DNA of 64,000 bases. It comes from Aplysia californica. Taxonomy: Eukaryota. Every line of letters starts with the position of its first letter. The first letter of the stretch is position 1. The translations under genes and the position numbers were made by a program. The notes under the pieces are model-generated. The model worked only from the letters and a program-made list of their open reading frames with translations. It was not told the origin of the DNA and searched no databases. The DNA lies in contig NW_004797344.1 of assembly GCF_000002075.1 (NCBI RefSeq), positions 1 through 64,000 on the forward strand, written 5' to 3'. Positions 15,240 through 28,000 of this stretch are shown one piece after another.

Positions 15240-15425
15240 GTAGAGTGGTAATGAAAGATTGGGTTATGAGGCAGACCACTTCAGGTCCTAAGAAAGGGAT
15301 TCAACAGACTGTATCAGGTCAAGTGGAGAACCTGGACTTCCCTTGGGATTCCTTTTCCACAACGACAACCAAATAGAAAGGAAAACAGATACCCTACAGG
15401 CAGTGGCATGCAGTAAAGTTTGATA
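15240..15425 (+). mobile_element. Small RTE reverse-transcriptase fragment
   Basis: DWVMRQTT..KGIQ.T..QVENLDF resembles IDWVMKEAT..GIQW..LDDLDF of the RTE copy at 60360-60450. Confidence 0.6.
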
Positions 15426-18400
15426 ACTGGTACACTTCAAATGGAATTGGTCTTGACAACAGTGACATTATAATTATAGAAGGAGAAGAAGAAAGGTCCA
15501 TGACAGAACAGGCATCTTTGGAGAAGAATTTTTGATGGCCTATGTGCTCTGTAGCAAGTAAAAAGTCAGAGAGAGACAGAGAGTGAAAAGCGGGGAGAAG
15601 CAGACAGACAGACTAGTTTTAGTTAAGTTTAAGTAAGAATATTGCCATACTTGCAACACAAATATGTTATTTTAGTGCTAGAGATTAGAGGTGTTACTTT
15701 TACTAGAGAGTAACATACGAAATAAAGAATGAGGATACAAGGACGATAGATGTTTGATAGGAAACAAGGAGCAAACCATACCAGAGCACGCGCCAACCAC
15801 CCACACACAAACAGATAAATGGAGATGGACAGTAAAAGACAGTCATAATGAATAAATTTATCAGATATATATTATGCTGAGGGTGATAAGAACTTTATAT
15901 ATCTCCTTTCACCCTGTCAGACCCTCCTCACCAGTCTACAACAGACACCCTATCATGTCCAAAGTATAACAGAGTGATGCAAACTTTTCTCCATCCCCTC
16001 TGCTGGGGCCAGAAGTATGACTTTACCGAGGCCAGAGTTCAGACTTGTAACACACACCTTCAACTTGCGCGGTTACAAGGATGCCTTGCTCAATCATTCT
16101 CTTATGATACAAAGGGAGTGTGCAATAATGTTGCTTCACTCGGCCACTTTGGATATGTGATGTGAAGAGGAAACTTGGAAAGACTTGGAACAACAGAGAT
16201 CTGATAAAGAGGGAACAGCAAAAAACTAACTCATCCGTTAATTGGTAATGCCGTAACTTCATGAAAAAAAGCTTTGAACACAATTCCTCCACAGCATCTG
16301 CTAGTTTAAACACCAAAAGCCATACAAAGTTTTGAAAAATTAGCAGTCTTAAAACTTCACTTGATACCTGTGAAGTGTCCTACTGAGCAGGAGGAGCATT
16401 GGTGTAGGGTCAGTAACACAATCAGGAAATAAGAATCGACAACATAAACAAAAACAACAACATCAACAACTTCAGCAACACAACAGCTATTTCTGGAAGA
16501 CTTAGGGCCACCCGCTGACAGGGAGCGGAGAATGTGATCAGGTAAAAGCCTGGAGGGAAGCCATTCGGCAGATGAGAAGTTTTTGCTCAACTAGGAGATG
16601 AGAAGCATCTCACTTGGAACCTGGAACGTTAATTTTCACACTAGAAACATATATTATTCTAGTGAAAAAAATCAAACAGTTTATAGTCATAAAGTAGTGG
16701 TTCATGCAACTTCATATAAACAAAAATGGTCTTCACATGAGCTTAAATATATAAAAAAAGCACCCACAACACATTGCAGTATACAGAATCATTAATAGAT
16801 CTCAAAGAACAAGACCAAGATTTACTGTCACTGGTTCTAAAAGAGAATGTGCATTGGTATTGGTGGAACTATGTGACAACACAATAACATAAAAGTATGG
16901 CTCCTTATGAACATTAGTCAAAAGAAATCAAATAAGCACAATGGAAGAAACCCCCACATTGTACAATATCCAAGTCTCCTATGTGGTAGGTTCACAGAGT
17001 AATTCTTTCTTAAGCATCAGGTACATATGGATTCAATTTCACACACCTGAAACAAATTGTGCTAATGGGACTTCTTTTTGTCAATTTCTTCTTCAATGAT
17101 ACATATCCATGAACAACATGAGAGAAACGCATTATCACTTCAATAAAACATAAATGAGACTGTGTCAAAGACATTGGCAAGCGCTTCATGATCATTTGAT
17201 CGAGCATGGATGTGTTAATTTCAGACACTGAATTTGCAAATATCACAAGAATCAAAGAACAATAAAAACACACTAGAGTGCTGAACTTGAGTATCATAAA
17301 GAGACTAGCATGCTTCAAACAAGTTATTATGAACTAGACAAGCCCAGACAAACAATCTTTTGATGTCAGGACGACCTTGATATTTTATTTAAGATACAAA
17401 AATGAAACGACATTCTGATATTCCACATACTCAAACAAAGTCCAAAAGTAGTCCTGCTTTGCATCAAGTAAGAGGGATGCTGAAACCGAAAAATGGAGAG
17501 ACATATTGAAAGGAACAATTGGATCTGGGCTTACTTCACCCACCAAAAAGGAAAAAACCATAAAATGGGATATCAATATCAGGATTATCTAAATTATTTC
17601 CTTTGAATATTTTTTCACGTAGGAGTGGTGTGTTTTGGAGTTGCTTTTTAGAAACTCATCAGTTACAAGCTATACAACTTGTCTCATTGCATCTAAGAAT
17701 GAGAAAAAAGAACGTTTTGAATACTGCCTAACTCACTTACAAGCTCTAAAAGCAAGCCAGGAGCTTCTGGCCTAGTTAAGTAAAAAGTAAAAATCATCTA
17801 GAAGAAAAGGATTAAAAGACAAAGAAAAAAATGGGTACTTCAGTATTGTAAGCCCTACAGAATGCCAGTTTTCATTTTTATATCATAAACTGAAAAATCG
17901 ACCATCAAAGCAATTCAAGTGGGCAGAAAAACTATAGAGCACCATGAAGCATACAGTTACAGCATTTGATATTGTTAAAAAAAAGCCTGAGAAAGTTTTG
18001 CCTGCCCCCTCAATCACACAGATGTGAGATGAGCTGAGATGAAATAATACATTAGAACTCAAGCGTGGTAAAGTCTTATGTTTAACAGCAAACCAAGTGA
18101 AGGTCTGCTCAATTGGGAAGAAAATAGAGAACTCAACAAATTTATTTTATCAAAAGATCAAACTGAAATCCTTCAGTTTGCTTTTAGCCATGCATAAATT
18201 ACTTATGTCCCAAACTCCTTACTTCCTACCGCTGTACCGCTGGCAGCAGCTTGGGCACATTTCTTTACGACGACTTCAACGTCAAATTAGTTTTCGACGA
18301 TTGCCAAAAACAGGTCTTTTTTATCAGGAGTTCATTCATTAGATGAAGTACTATCAAAGTAGGTTCACTTGTTTTGATTTAATTACCAGTATAGTGATAT

Positions 18401-18510
18401 ATATCACTTTTAGATTTCCTATCAAAAGAGGAGTTAACAGCACAAGACCTTTGAGGAAACACACACAGTGACTAACAAATAATTCCTAAATTCGAACCAG
18501 AAATACTATT

Positions 18511-18750
18511 TGTGAGCCGCGCTGACAAAATGAGTTACTTCTAGCAATAACCAAAATGGAGACATTGGCTAAAAATCGACACAAGTGTCAAATTTGTAGA
18601 ATTTTTACTAATGTAATATTATTTAACTATAACATGCCTTTTATTTTTCCATACTAAGAAATTATAAAAACCTATAAGCGTGATAGGTCTATATCTTTTC
18701 CCATAAGTCTTGAATCTGAGAAGTAACTCATTTTGTCAGCACGCTTCACA
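18511..18750. mobile_element. MITE with ~32-bp TIRs, just downstream of the ENTPD stop codon
   Basis: TGTGAGCCGCGCTGACAAAATGAGTTACTTCT ... AGAAGTAACTCATTTTGTCAGCACGCTTCACA. Confidence 0.8.
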
Positions 18751-18792
18751 TTTAATACTCAACTAGCACTGCTGTTCTCTTTCCTTTTCCTA

Positions 18793-19057
18793 TCACAAAA
18801 CAAAACCCTGTCCTTTGACATAATCGATCCCTTGCTCCATCTGGTTTGGGTCGGTCATGAAGTAGGACATGGAGGGCACACGCTGTAGGTCTGACTTGCG
18901 CGGGCAGCAGCGCAGCCACTTCATGTAGACGACGATGGCTGTGATCACGACAAGCACGCAGACAAACAGCAAGAACTGCAGGTCTGGCAGATGAGCCATG
19001 CGCTGCCACGTGCTCAACGCCTGCGACTGCTGCAGGTCCTTCTGTCGTTCCACGTTC
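18793..19057 (-). CDS. ENTPD4: ENTPD4/7-like NTPDase, coding exon 10 (C-terminal TM and tail, stop)
   Basis: Acceptor ttcacag, phase 2. Encodes NVERQ..LQFLLFVCVLVVITAIVVYM (TM)..GQGFVL*. The spliced total of exons 1-10 is 1737 nt = 578 aa. ENTPD4 and ENTPD7 cannot be distinguished (likely co-ortholog). Confidence 0.88.
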
Positions 19058-19261
19058 CTGTGAAGACAAATAGCAGATTGTTGAACTTGAACTCGGGTTA
19101 TTCTCAGTCAAGACTTTTCAGTCTCTATTAACCCACTGAACTAAATTTTTAACTCAATACCTACACAGAAATGCAGAATACAGAGTTCTACTGTTCAGTT
19201 GTACATATTTTACAGCCTCATTGATAAAATATAGATCAATGACAAGAACGGATGTTTTTTT

Positions 19262-19432
19262 AGTAGAGGTTTTACGGCGCTCGCAACTGCATAAGGTCAT
19301 ATGAGCGTTCGAAGATTAGAGGTGTTACAAGAGAGTAACGAACATAAAAAAGAAGAAGGGGAGATAAGGACGATAGATGTTTGATAGGAAAGAAGAAGCA
19401 AACCACACCAGAGCACCCGCCAACCACCCACC
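19262..19432 (-). mobile_element. Dispersed retroposon 3'-tail repeat (LINE/SINE end)
   Basis: Near-identical copies at ~7893-7963, 8572-8615, 15683-15802, 22425-22465 and (inverted) 62622-62790. All are variably truncated at one end, and most retain a GGCGCTC..GAGCGCC stem followed by GTAAAAC. Confidence 0.7.
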
Positions 19433-20140
19433 GAACGGATGTTTCGGCCTAACAGTGAGTGACTAGGATACAGCATCCCAGCAGAAAGATGGAGATAAAC
19501 CATCAGTGCAAAGCGAATATATATGCATGTCAATGGCCCTCAAAAACATTTTTTTTTTTCAAATCTGACAAATAAATACTGAAAAAGACTTGCAAATGGT
19601 AAACAGAATAATTATGAATTGAAGCAGTGTGCAACAAATCTCCTGTTTACATAAATAATAGTCTCCAAGATTATTAAATCATGAACAATACTCACCAGAT
19701 CTTCACAATATTTAACATGAACCGCGTCTATATTAGCGGTTTAAAATCAAATTCATGAAATTTACAACACTTTTTAAAAACTTTCCCTTTTTTCTATGTA
19801 AAAAGAGGGCATTTGCTTCATGACACATTGCTGTTTCATTTAAAGTTCTGTAAGTTACCATTCAAAAACTAATCTTGTGGGATTTAGAGGATCACAGCTT
19901 AAACACAGGAATTTAAAATGTAAAAATGACATGGGGAAGGGATAGAATAGCTCTTCAGGTCTCAAGAAAAGACAAACTCTATAATGGATGAAATGAGAAA
20001 ACATTAATTACTAATTAACATTGCCATTGGATCAGTTTGTTGACAAATATTGGACACACTGAAAAACTGCCTGAGGAAATATTCAAGTACTCTGGCTTGT
20101 ACTTGTACTCATATGTATTTAGCCCTTGTGATTTTTTTAC

Positions 20141-20302
20141 CTGAGAGGAAGGTATCTGGTTTTGTAAATGAGAGCTCCGAGTGTCCAACCAACATCTCTC
20201 CCATTGACCAGCTGGGCAGAGGTCAGTTTGTTGTAACTGGATGGGAATGAGAAGCCTTTGTGCAGCATCTCGACCATCCAGGCAGACTTGAAACATTGAA
20301 AT
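20141..20302 (-). CDS. ENTPD4: ENTPD4/7-like exon 9 (ACR5)
   Basis: FQCFKSAWM..DVGWTLGALIYKTRYLPLR contains apyrase conserved region 5. AG/GT boundaries, phase 2-2. Confidence 0.93.
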
Positions 20303-21506
20303 CTGAGCAAAGACAAGGAGGAAAATTTACCATACACTGCCTCTCCCTCTCCCTCATATGGGAAATGTGGGCGACAAAAACAGTTAACTCAAACCAGCAA
20401 GCTTGATCCCTAAAAGAAATGTCATGTTTGGTACGCTGAAAGCGAGACAGTGTGGAAATTTGTTAATTTTAAAGCATTAATCTTTAAAAAGACAAAAAAT
20501 TTCGAATGAAACCCCTTTAGTAACTGTATCCTCCATCAAACCATTTGTTTCTTTTAACAATACTGAACAACAGTGCCTAGTAGTGGAACAAAATTACTCC
20601 CCTCTTCAACCCCTTGTTTCTAGCCTCACAATAAGCAAAACTATAAAGCCAGCTAGTTCACTACAATCTTGCATTTCCATTAAAAGAAGGCTAATTTGAG
20701 TTTAATAGCTCTTACAGTAGCTGATTAGTCCATTTCATTTGCTGACCCAACATGGCAAATGATGATGCAAGTTACAGTATGGAAAACTCAAGTAGAGCTA
20801 TTACTGAGAGTCAAGTACCCAATTACATGAGATGCGAACTGAAGAAGTTTCTGAAACTTGGCTGAAGTCACTATCCCTAAACTAGTGTTGTATCCAGCAA
20901 TGCTATAAATCCAACTCCCAATCTTTTGACAGCAAAACAGAAGAAAGTTTCAACCACTAGCACGGGAAGCTCATAGCGTCTGAGCACAAGTAACTTTAGG
21001 GGTAGTGGGGGTATTTCAGTTGGGTCCTTTGTCCTTATCGACTTAGTTTGGGTCCTTTAATTAAGAGACATGACTTTAGAATGAACAATCATCTCAGACA
21101 TCTCTGATAGAAAACAGCAAAGTATGTTATAAAACATCAAATGACCTGGATTTGAACAAGCGTTCCCAGGAATGTATCTTAGCATCTTACACAAAACCTA
21201 GACTAACAGTGAAAAAAAGAAGTAGGAGTTATCTTAAACTCTTGTATGTTTATTGATTATGAAGTGAAAGTGAGGAGATTAATCAATAAATAATGCTTGT
21301 ATCTTTTTATGCGCGTGTGTGTGTGCGTGTGTGTGTGCGCGTGTGAGTGTTTGAGTCAGTGTGTGGGTGTGTGTGGGTGGGGAGGGGGGGCATTAATGAC
21401 TTTCTCAACCACTAACTTCTTCTCCAAAAAGCACACAGGAACATGTTCACACTTGTATGGCAGCCATAAATGTCTTTTAAAAAACCCACAAACTGTAGCT
21501 ACCAAC

Positions 21507-21589
21507 CTGAACCTGTGGTCATCAGCCTTGGGGTAATTATCCTTTTTGTACCACGTCTCCAAAGTGTCCCAGTTGGTGCCACAAAATTC
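21507..21589 (-). CDS. ENTPD4: ENTPD4/7-like exon 8
   Basis: EFCGTNWDTLETWYKKDNYPKADDHRFR, phase 0-2. Confidence 0.9.
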
Positions 21590-22038
21590 CTGTGACAAAA
21601 ACATGTTGAAAAGAATAAACATTTGTTTTTGTTGGGAGTTCACTGCGCAGCGGGGACACAATGGGTAGTTTCAAGGCACAGAGCATTTTTATTTTTAAAG
21701 ATGTGGACAGTAAACCCTGTTGAAACAGGACACAACAAAATAACAGTAATCTCTATTCTTTTTTGTGTTCCCCTACAAGATCTCAGGGTAGCTGATGACT
21801 GATTATTCAGCTTGCAGTGCGACTGAAGTTTACATACGTGACTGTTTTTCCTACTTCGTGGAGCCTCTTGCCTTAAGGTACCCACATTTCAAATTCGAAG
21901 GTACTCTGTATACTTTTATACCGACTAACGGACTTGAATACTGTCAGTTTTTTAAGAAATTAGTTTTGAATTTTGCCCGGGTGGCAGCCGAAGCCTACTC
22001 TTATCGATTTTATGACCACTAAGTCAACAGATCTTTAA

Positions 22039-22332
22039 CTCCTTATCTCTAGCAAGCCGCTCCCAGCAGCAAGCGGTCCAAATCGCTTTGCTGTTGAGCC
22101 GCTGGCAACGGATGGGGCACATCTGTTTACAGCATAGATGACAGCTTAGTTTTCGGCAAATTGCTGAAAACAGGATTCTTTACCAGGGGTTCTTTCACAA
22201 GATGAAGAACTATCAAAATAGGTTCACTTATTTTGATCTAGCGACCATTTTAGTGACGTATTTGTCACTTTAAGGTTTCATACCAAAAGAGGGCTCTAGC
22301 ATAGTAAGAAAACCCCCTCCGGAGATAAAGAG
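22039..22332. mobile_element. TTAA-flanked (piggyBac-like) MITE
   Basis: TTAA|CTCCTTATCTC..GAGATAAAGAG|TTAA. A related degenerate copy lies at ~18213-18437. Confidence 0.7.
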
Positions 22333-22630
22333 TTAAAGTGCACAACTTGCACATGAGACCCCCCAAGATCTTTTGCCCGTATCTGAAAAGGCTTTGAGTT
22401 TTGTTTTGTTTGTTTAAGTAAAGTGTTTAACGGCGCTCGCAACTGCATAAGGTCAAATGAGCGCGCGGGACACACCTAATATTTTCAGTTTCTTTACAAT
22501 TTGTGTTTCAAGGTACACCACGAGTCCGCCAAAGTCACATGAAACCTCTGACTGACTGAGCAGTACAAGAGCTTGCTATGGCTGCAGATGTTTTACGCGC
22601 TATTTGACACAGGGGATGCGCCCCCACCAA

Positions 22631-22663
<33 letters not shown>

Positions 22664-23526
22664 CAAAACCAAAACCTAACAAACACATTAATCTAAAAAA
22701 ATAACAACCCTGATTTCTTGAAAGTAGTTCCTATGTATGTTAATGTTAAAGTGCCGAAGGCCTAACTGTAGAACGCGTGACTGTGATAGGCCTTCAGGCG
22801 TCAGGTAGAACGTGGTCAGTCAGGCATCGTGGTAGACCGTCAGGTAGACCGACCCCTCATCGTTATTGTTATCGGCACTACATATTACCAATCTTAATAA
22901 CTTGACAAACACGCATACATTCCCATAATCAAAGTACACGTAATTCTCTGCAATTAATATGCATTTGTTATATGGTTATATGGTCGCTTATATTCTATGA
23001 TTCGGTCAACTATTTCGAGGCATTCCTAAGCAAATCATATTGTTTGTTGTACTAATGTGTCCGATTAAATGCTTTTTACTGCGGCTTATAATAATATCTG
23101 TAAGTCAGTAGCTTAGCTCCCCAGCGTAAGTGTTGCAATTATGATAATTTCTTTAAAGAGGGGGGAAATAGAGAGAGAAGTATGTGTGAGAGGGAGAGGA
23201 AAGGGGAGGGGGGGTAGAAAGAGAGAGAGAGTAGGAGAGAGAGAGAGAGAGAGGGGGNNNNNNNNNNNNNNNNNNNNNNNNNNNNNNNNNNNNNNNNNNN
23301 NNNNNNNNNNNNNNNNNNNNNNNNNNNNNNNNNNNNNNNNNNNNNNNNNNNNNNNNNGGGGGGTTCACATATATATATGTATACATTAGTACTACATTTA
23401 ATGTTCATATGTATTTTAATTCTAAAATTGTACAAGAAAATGAAATGTAATGACATCTATGGAATGTATCTTATTCATCTTGATGCCCACGCTGAAAGGA
23501 ATAGAGAAAAAGACTTTTACTTTTAC

Positions 23527-23842
23527 CTTTGCTTTTGCATTAAAAGTGTCGTAGTTGTAGTGGCCGCCCATGGAGAACACATCTTCCATGCTGTACCAAA
23601 ACTCGGAGAACCCGTAAAACTCCATAGCGGGATCTATCACCGGCTGGTACACCCCATTGACGGAGCAGGGGGCTTTACTACAGGGGACAGTCTTGTTGAT
23701 CAGCGGTTCTACCGCGGCCTTGCATTGCGTGAAGTCCCCACCACCAGAGAACACGTGGCCGACACCTGCATCGTCTGTGGTTTTGAGTGTCATGCCCAAT
23801 GGGAGGCACACATCAGTGATAGGCTGGCTCTCCGTGCCTGCA
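23527..23842 (-). CDS. ENTPD4: ENTPD4/7-like exon 7
   Basis: AGTESQPITDVCLPLGM..GGGDFTQC..PCSVNGVYQP..EFYGFSEFWYSMEDV. Acceptor ttcttttccag, donor GTAAAA, phase 2-0. Confidence 0.92.
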
Positions 23843-23904
23843 CTGGAAAAGAAGCAACGCAACAATGTAAGTTGTGAGATGTTGGTGTTGTGTTGCTCTC
23901 TTAA

Positions 23905-24201
23905 CTCTTTAAGCCCTGAGTTTTTTCTACCGTCTTCCGGAATTTTTTTTACAGTCACCTAAACCTAGTGTACTATGTTTCATTATAACCCCAAAAGCTT
24001 GCCTCCAACATCTAAAAAAGGGGAAACAACAGCTTAGTCATTACTAGAGAAACTTGGTTTGGGAATAGTTCCAAAATACAAGCAAAAACAAGTACTAAAT
24101 AAAATGAAACAGTTGTCACTGGTACTGGATGCTCCCAGCGTCCGATGGGGAACAGGGTTTTTACCGCCGGACGCTCCAAGAGTCCGAAGGGGTTCAAAGA
24201 G
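23905..24201. mobile_element. TTAA-flanked (piggyBac-like) MITE
   Basis: TTAA|CTCTTTAAGCCC..GGGTTCAAAGAG|TTAA. Confidence 0.65.
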
Positions 24202-24825
24202 TTAAGCATTACATCATTACTTTGACAATAGCAAAATGTCACCAAGAACATGGTAGCTTTAATTAAATAGACCCTACCACTGTGCCCATTCCATATATTT
24301 TGGTACAGATAATAAGGACAACAAAACAAGTCTTGGTAATATAATGCTCAGACAAAGTGAATAATCAGATACAAAAACAGCTAGTCACCCGAAGAACAAC
24401 AGCTCTTAGCTGTGCACTTCATGTGTCCATGATTCCAGCTGAGCTTCTTTTATATTCTTTAGCCATCTTTAAATAATTGCTCATTTCAGTGACAAAATAA
24501 TGGTCATTTTGTGCTGGGAAAAAGCAAGACAGACATACAGACAGCAACAAATGAGAAATAGTAAATATGTAAGACCTACCAGTGGTGCCATCCAGCCTCC
24601 TGCTTTTTACAATCACAAGCAAAGAGAGTGTCAATATGGAGAGCTCTGCTGTAAAGCTCCATAAAACACAGAATGGTAAGCTAAAAAGCAGGATGTCAGA
24701 CTCAAAGTCTGTCTCTGACCAGACCGAGTCAAGTGGGAGGAGAGGTAAGACAACCACTCAAACAACCCAGGCCCAAGAAACTTGTATCAGCGACTGGAAT
24801 CAGGTTTACCTGCATCACCTTTTAG

Positions 24826-25000
24826 CATCATAATCATCACTGTCTTTCTTACGCTGCATCAGGGTAGAGGCCAAGAACACTTTCCACCTTTCCCTATCCT
24901 GTGCCAGCCTCTCGATATTATTCCGAGTCTTCCCACTTTTCTGTACATCATTCTTTGTAACTTTCCTCCAGGAGTCTTTCCCTTGATCTTAAACCTTGCA
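24826..25000 (-). mobile_element. RTE LINE 3' fragment
   Basis: Similar to 1575-1750, with a GAT-rich tail. Confidence 0.6.
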
Positions 25001-25164
25001 GATTCTTTCCAGCATGAAAGTCACGATATCAAGAAACAAACTTTTTCTTCTTCTTTTCTTCCTTGTTCTTAACAGAGACAAACATGAAGTAGCACCTTGA
25101 CGGGTAAACACATTGTATCATTAAACAAGATGAATGGATCAACGCATGCCACTTGGCTTCCTAC

Positions 25165-25343
25165 CTGTGTCCATCTGCTACAGACTTCTCCACCAACATG
25201 GACTTGTATCGGTCAAGTGCAGAATTAGCTCCAAAGCCCAAAAACGTTGTGACGTACACTTTGTACGCGTGCTCTTCATCAGAATCTTGACATCCTAAGT
25301 TGAACTTTGACAGCGAAAAGGGTGGGATCCCTTCAGAAGCCTC
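25165..25343 (-). CDS. ENTPD4: ENTPD4/7-like exon 6
   Basis: FNLGCQDSDEEHAYKVYVTTFLGFGANSALDRY, characteristic of ENTPD4/7. Phase 0-2. Confidence 0.93.
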
Positions 25344-25663
25344 CTGAGAATATGAATAAGTAGGTGCAAGATCACATGACACAAAGAATTTTTACAATAG
25401 AAAGAAGGACAAAGTGGATATTTTGATAACACACAGCACAATTTAACATTTTAATAAAACTGCTTTGAGCAGAAATGAGTCATGACAAATAAATATACAG
25501 CATTGTTAGTTATGGAATACCAATGGAAAAAAATGTGACTGATCACCATTTAAGAACATTCACATGCTGGTACAATGGCCATATTGTGCTTTACAGCTGT
25601 AACACAAATAACAATAGTGGCAGACAAAGAGATGGAATCAAAATAAAATTTACAAAGTCTCAC

Positions 25664-25749
25664 CCCAGAAACTTCATAAGCTATCTGGACAGATCCACCA
25701 CCCATGTCCATCATCCCAACAGTTTTCCTTTTTCTGTGCTCACTTGAAT
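25664..25749 (-). CDS. ENTPD4: ENTPD4/7-like exon 5 (ACR4)
   Basis: TVGMMDMGGGSVQIAYEV, phase 1-0. Confidence 0.93.
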
Positions 25750-25967
25750 CTGTCAAAATAAAAAGGTGACGCAAAATTATGGAGGAGCTAAAGAAAAAAA
25801 TTATAATTTTGTAATAAAAGCAGCAATCTAAACAAGGTTCGTATGGAAAGACAATTCAATAATGCAGTATCACCTGTTCAGCTTCTTGCCCTTAAGACAG
25901 AAAAGCAAAAAAAAAAAGCCCCCCCCCCCCCCCGGACTGTTTTAACGTACGGATTGATCACATTTCT

Positions 25968-26842
25968 CAGGGTGACTGCAAATCAGGCTTCTCAATTTTC
26001 CGGGGGAGGGGGGGGGGGGCAAACCCTTTAGTTAAAAAAACACGGCTTACAAGGCATGAGCATTGAGCATGACGGATCCTGATTCCCCACAAGGCCTGCA
26101 CCAATGCCTGCTTTGCAGAGAGCTCAAGTAGTAACCAAAATTCTAAAAACTGAAATTTGCTTCCAAGTTCAGTTTTTGTCATCCGGTGTTGCCTTCAACC
26201 CCATCTTTCCTCCCCCAAGTGTATCTTTTAAAAAAATCAATTATCCCCTTATTCCGGAGTCCTATATTTCACAGCGCTCAGACTTTGAATGAACTTTGGT
26301 GACCCCAACCATTGCTGGCACTCACAAAGTGATGGGAACACGCAGATTCACTGACCAGTCACGATGGCGAGCCCGACAAGACGCTTGTATAACTTTCCAT
26401 TTTTTCACAGGCGACAGCACTGGACAAATATTGATTTAATTTCTAGGCGACACAACGTTTGGAACGCAAAACCTGCAGGTTAAAAATGTTGTGTTTTCAG
26501 GCTATTACTGGCAAATTTCTGGGTGGTAACGAAAGCGAAAGTAGATCTTGATTTTCCCGATCGAGCTTCAGTATCACACATACACTTCCGCTTGCCACCA
26601 TAGCCGCCTGTTCACGTAAAGCGCACTCTCAGACCTGGAAAAGCCGATATCACTATCGCGACCGGCAAAAATGAACCCATGGATGTTATCGAATTTGGTT
26701 TTCAAATCTTCGAGCACTTTTATGTATTTTCCCGGTCTTTCACGGGGCAATTTAAATTTCCTCAAATTCCCGGGGTATTCCCGGGTCTCGCCGATTTTTT
26801 AAAAATTTCCCGGGGAACTCCCGGGGCCCGGCAGTCACCCTG
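25968..26842. mobile_element. hAT-like non-autonomous DNA transposon
   Basis: TIRs CAGGGTGACTGC / GCAGTCACCCTG with subterminal TCCCGGG repeats. The 8-bp TSD is degenerate. Confidence 0.7.
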
Positions 26843-26966
26843 ATTTTTTCTAAGGAAATATTTTGAGAAAGGCTTTCACGTGTGTCATCAATTTTTTAAA
26901 GGGAACCAAAAAATGTCAACAGGACACTAAAAAGGGAGGAATACCATTAGTAAACAGACAACTTAC

Positions 26967-27133
26967 CATGTGATACAGTATGTGAAAATCTGTTTAAGGC
27001 ATAGTTGATGGCAATCCACGCAAAGACCCCTTCCTGCTTGCCACTGATCACTTCAAAATGATTTTCAAGGGCGATAAAATTGAAATCTTTCTTGATATCG
27101 GTTCTGAGATCCGTTAAGATAGCATTTTGTTTC
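26967..27133 (-). CDS. ENTPD4: ENTPD4/7-like exon 4 (ACR3)
   Basis: EVISGKQEGVFAWIAINYAL, phase 2-1. Confidence 0.93.
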
Positions 27134-27849
27134 CTGAAAGATAAAAAAAAAAGTAACACAAACAATAATCAATTAAAAGTCTCTTATTCATCAGAGTGCA
27201 TTTTGTATCTTTGATAAAGAGCATATAATTAAGCGATTCAGACTGCAGCGTTGCTCACAGTGGCTGACTGTCTCCTGCGTTTTGACGCAGAGCAACTTAG
27301 AGCGGCTCTTATCTATTGCTCCCTTTCTTCACATCATTTTCCCCTCTTCTTTTCTCCTTACTACTTACATTTCAACCCTTTTTTTCTTGTGTAATTGAAT
27401 AGTATTTTTTATTCTGAACATTTCTATACGCCACAAAAAGGGTTTTATCAAATTTAGATACTTATTATCTTATCTTTTTGTGAGCCCACCCGTGAGGTCA
27501 CAAAGCGGTCATAAATTATTCGTGTTCCGAATCAAAATTACCTGCGGGCTGAATCCGTTAATATGAAATTTATCTTTGCAAATTTGATAAAATAGCCACT
27601 GATAAAGGTTGAAATCATTTATAGTTTACTGTTGTTCTATCGATTTGAATTAAGTTACAATTAGTTTTTTAATATTGAGCAAAGAAAAAAAGAAGGAAAA
27701 GAAAACAACTATGCTAGGACCCTTGTGCAAGAAACGATACAGAATACAAACATTCACATGATATAAATGTCAGGCAGTAAAAGCATCCTAGGAATCTTCT
27801 TGAAAAATATGTTTCCCAACATCACACAGCAGCACAAGGGCAAACTTAC

Positions 27850-28000
27850 TTTTCTGGAAGCATTCTCATCCCTGCTGTTGCCATGACATACAAAAATGTC
27901 TCCGAGTACTTCTTCGATGGGATATACTGCTGGGCAAACAACAGTAAGTCTTTAATATGGTCACTTGCAGCATCTGGATTATCCTCAAAAGAGGACAAGC
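27850..28000 (-). CDS. ENTPD4: ENTPD4/7-like exon 3 (ACR2), missed by the ORF track
   Basis: GLSSFEDNPDAASDHIKDLLLFAQQYIPSKKYSETFLYVMATAGMRMLPE, phase 1-2. Confidence 0.93.

Noticed and set aside
16357-16620. Possible alternative terminal exon of ENTPD (ttccag|GTTCCAAGTGAG..), which would give a form lacking the C-terminal TM
   Set aside because: Weak pyrimidine tract, only ~10 codons and no homology; unsupported without transcripts
18752-19111. 119-aa overlapping ORF across ENTPD exon 10
   Set aside because: Alternative frame left open by the GC-rich exon; non-ATG start in the intron and no homology
23843-23958. N-terminal part of ORF 23422-23958
   Set aside because: Lies upstream of the phase-matched acceptor at 23843 and runs into a TTAA MITE
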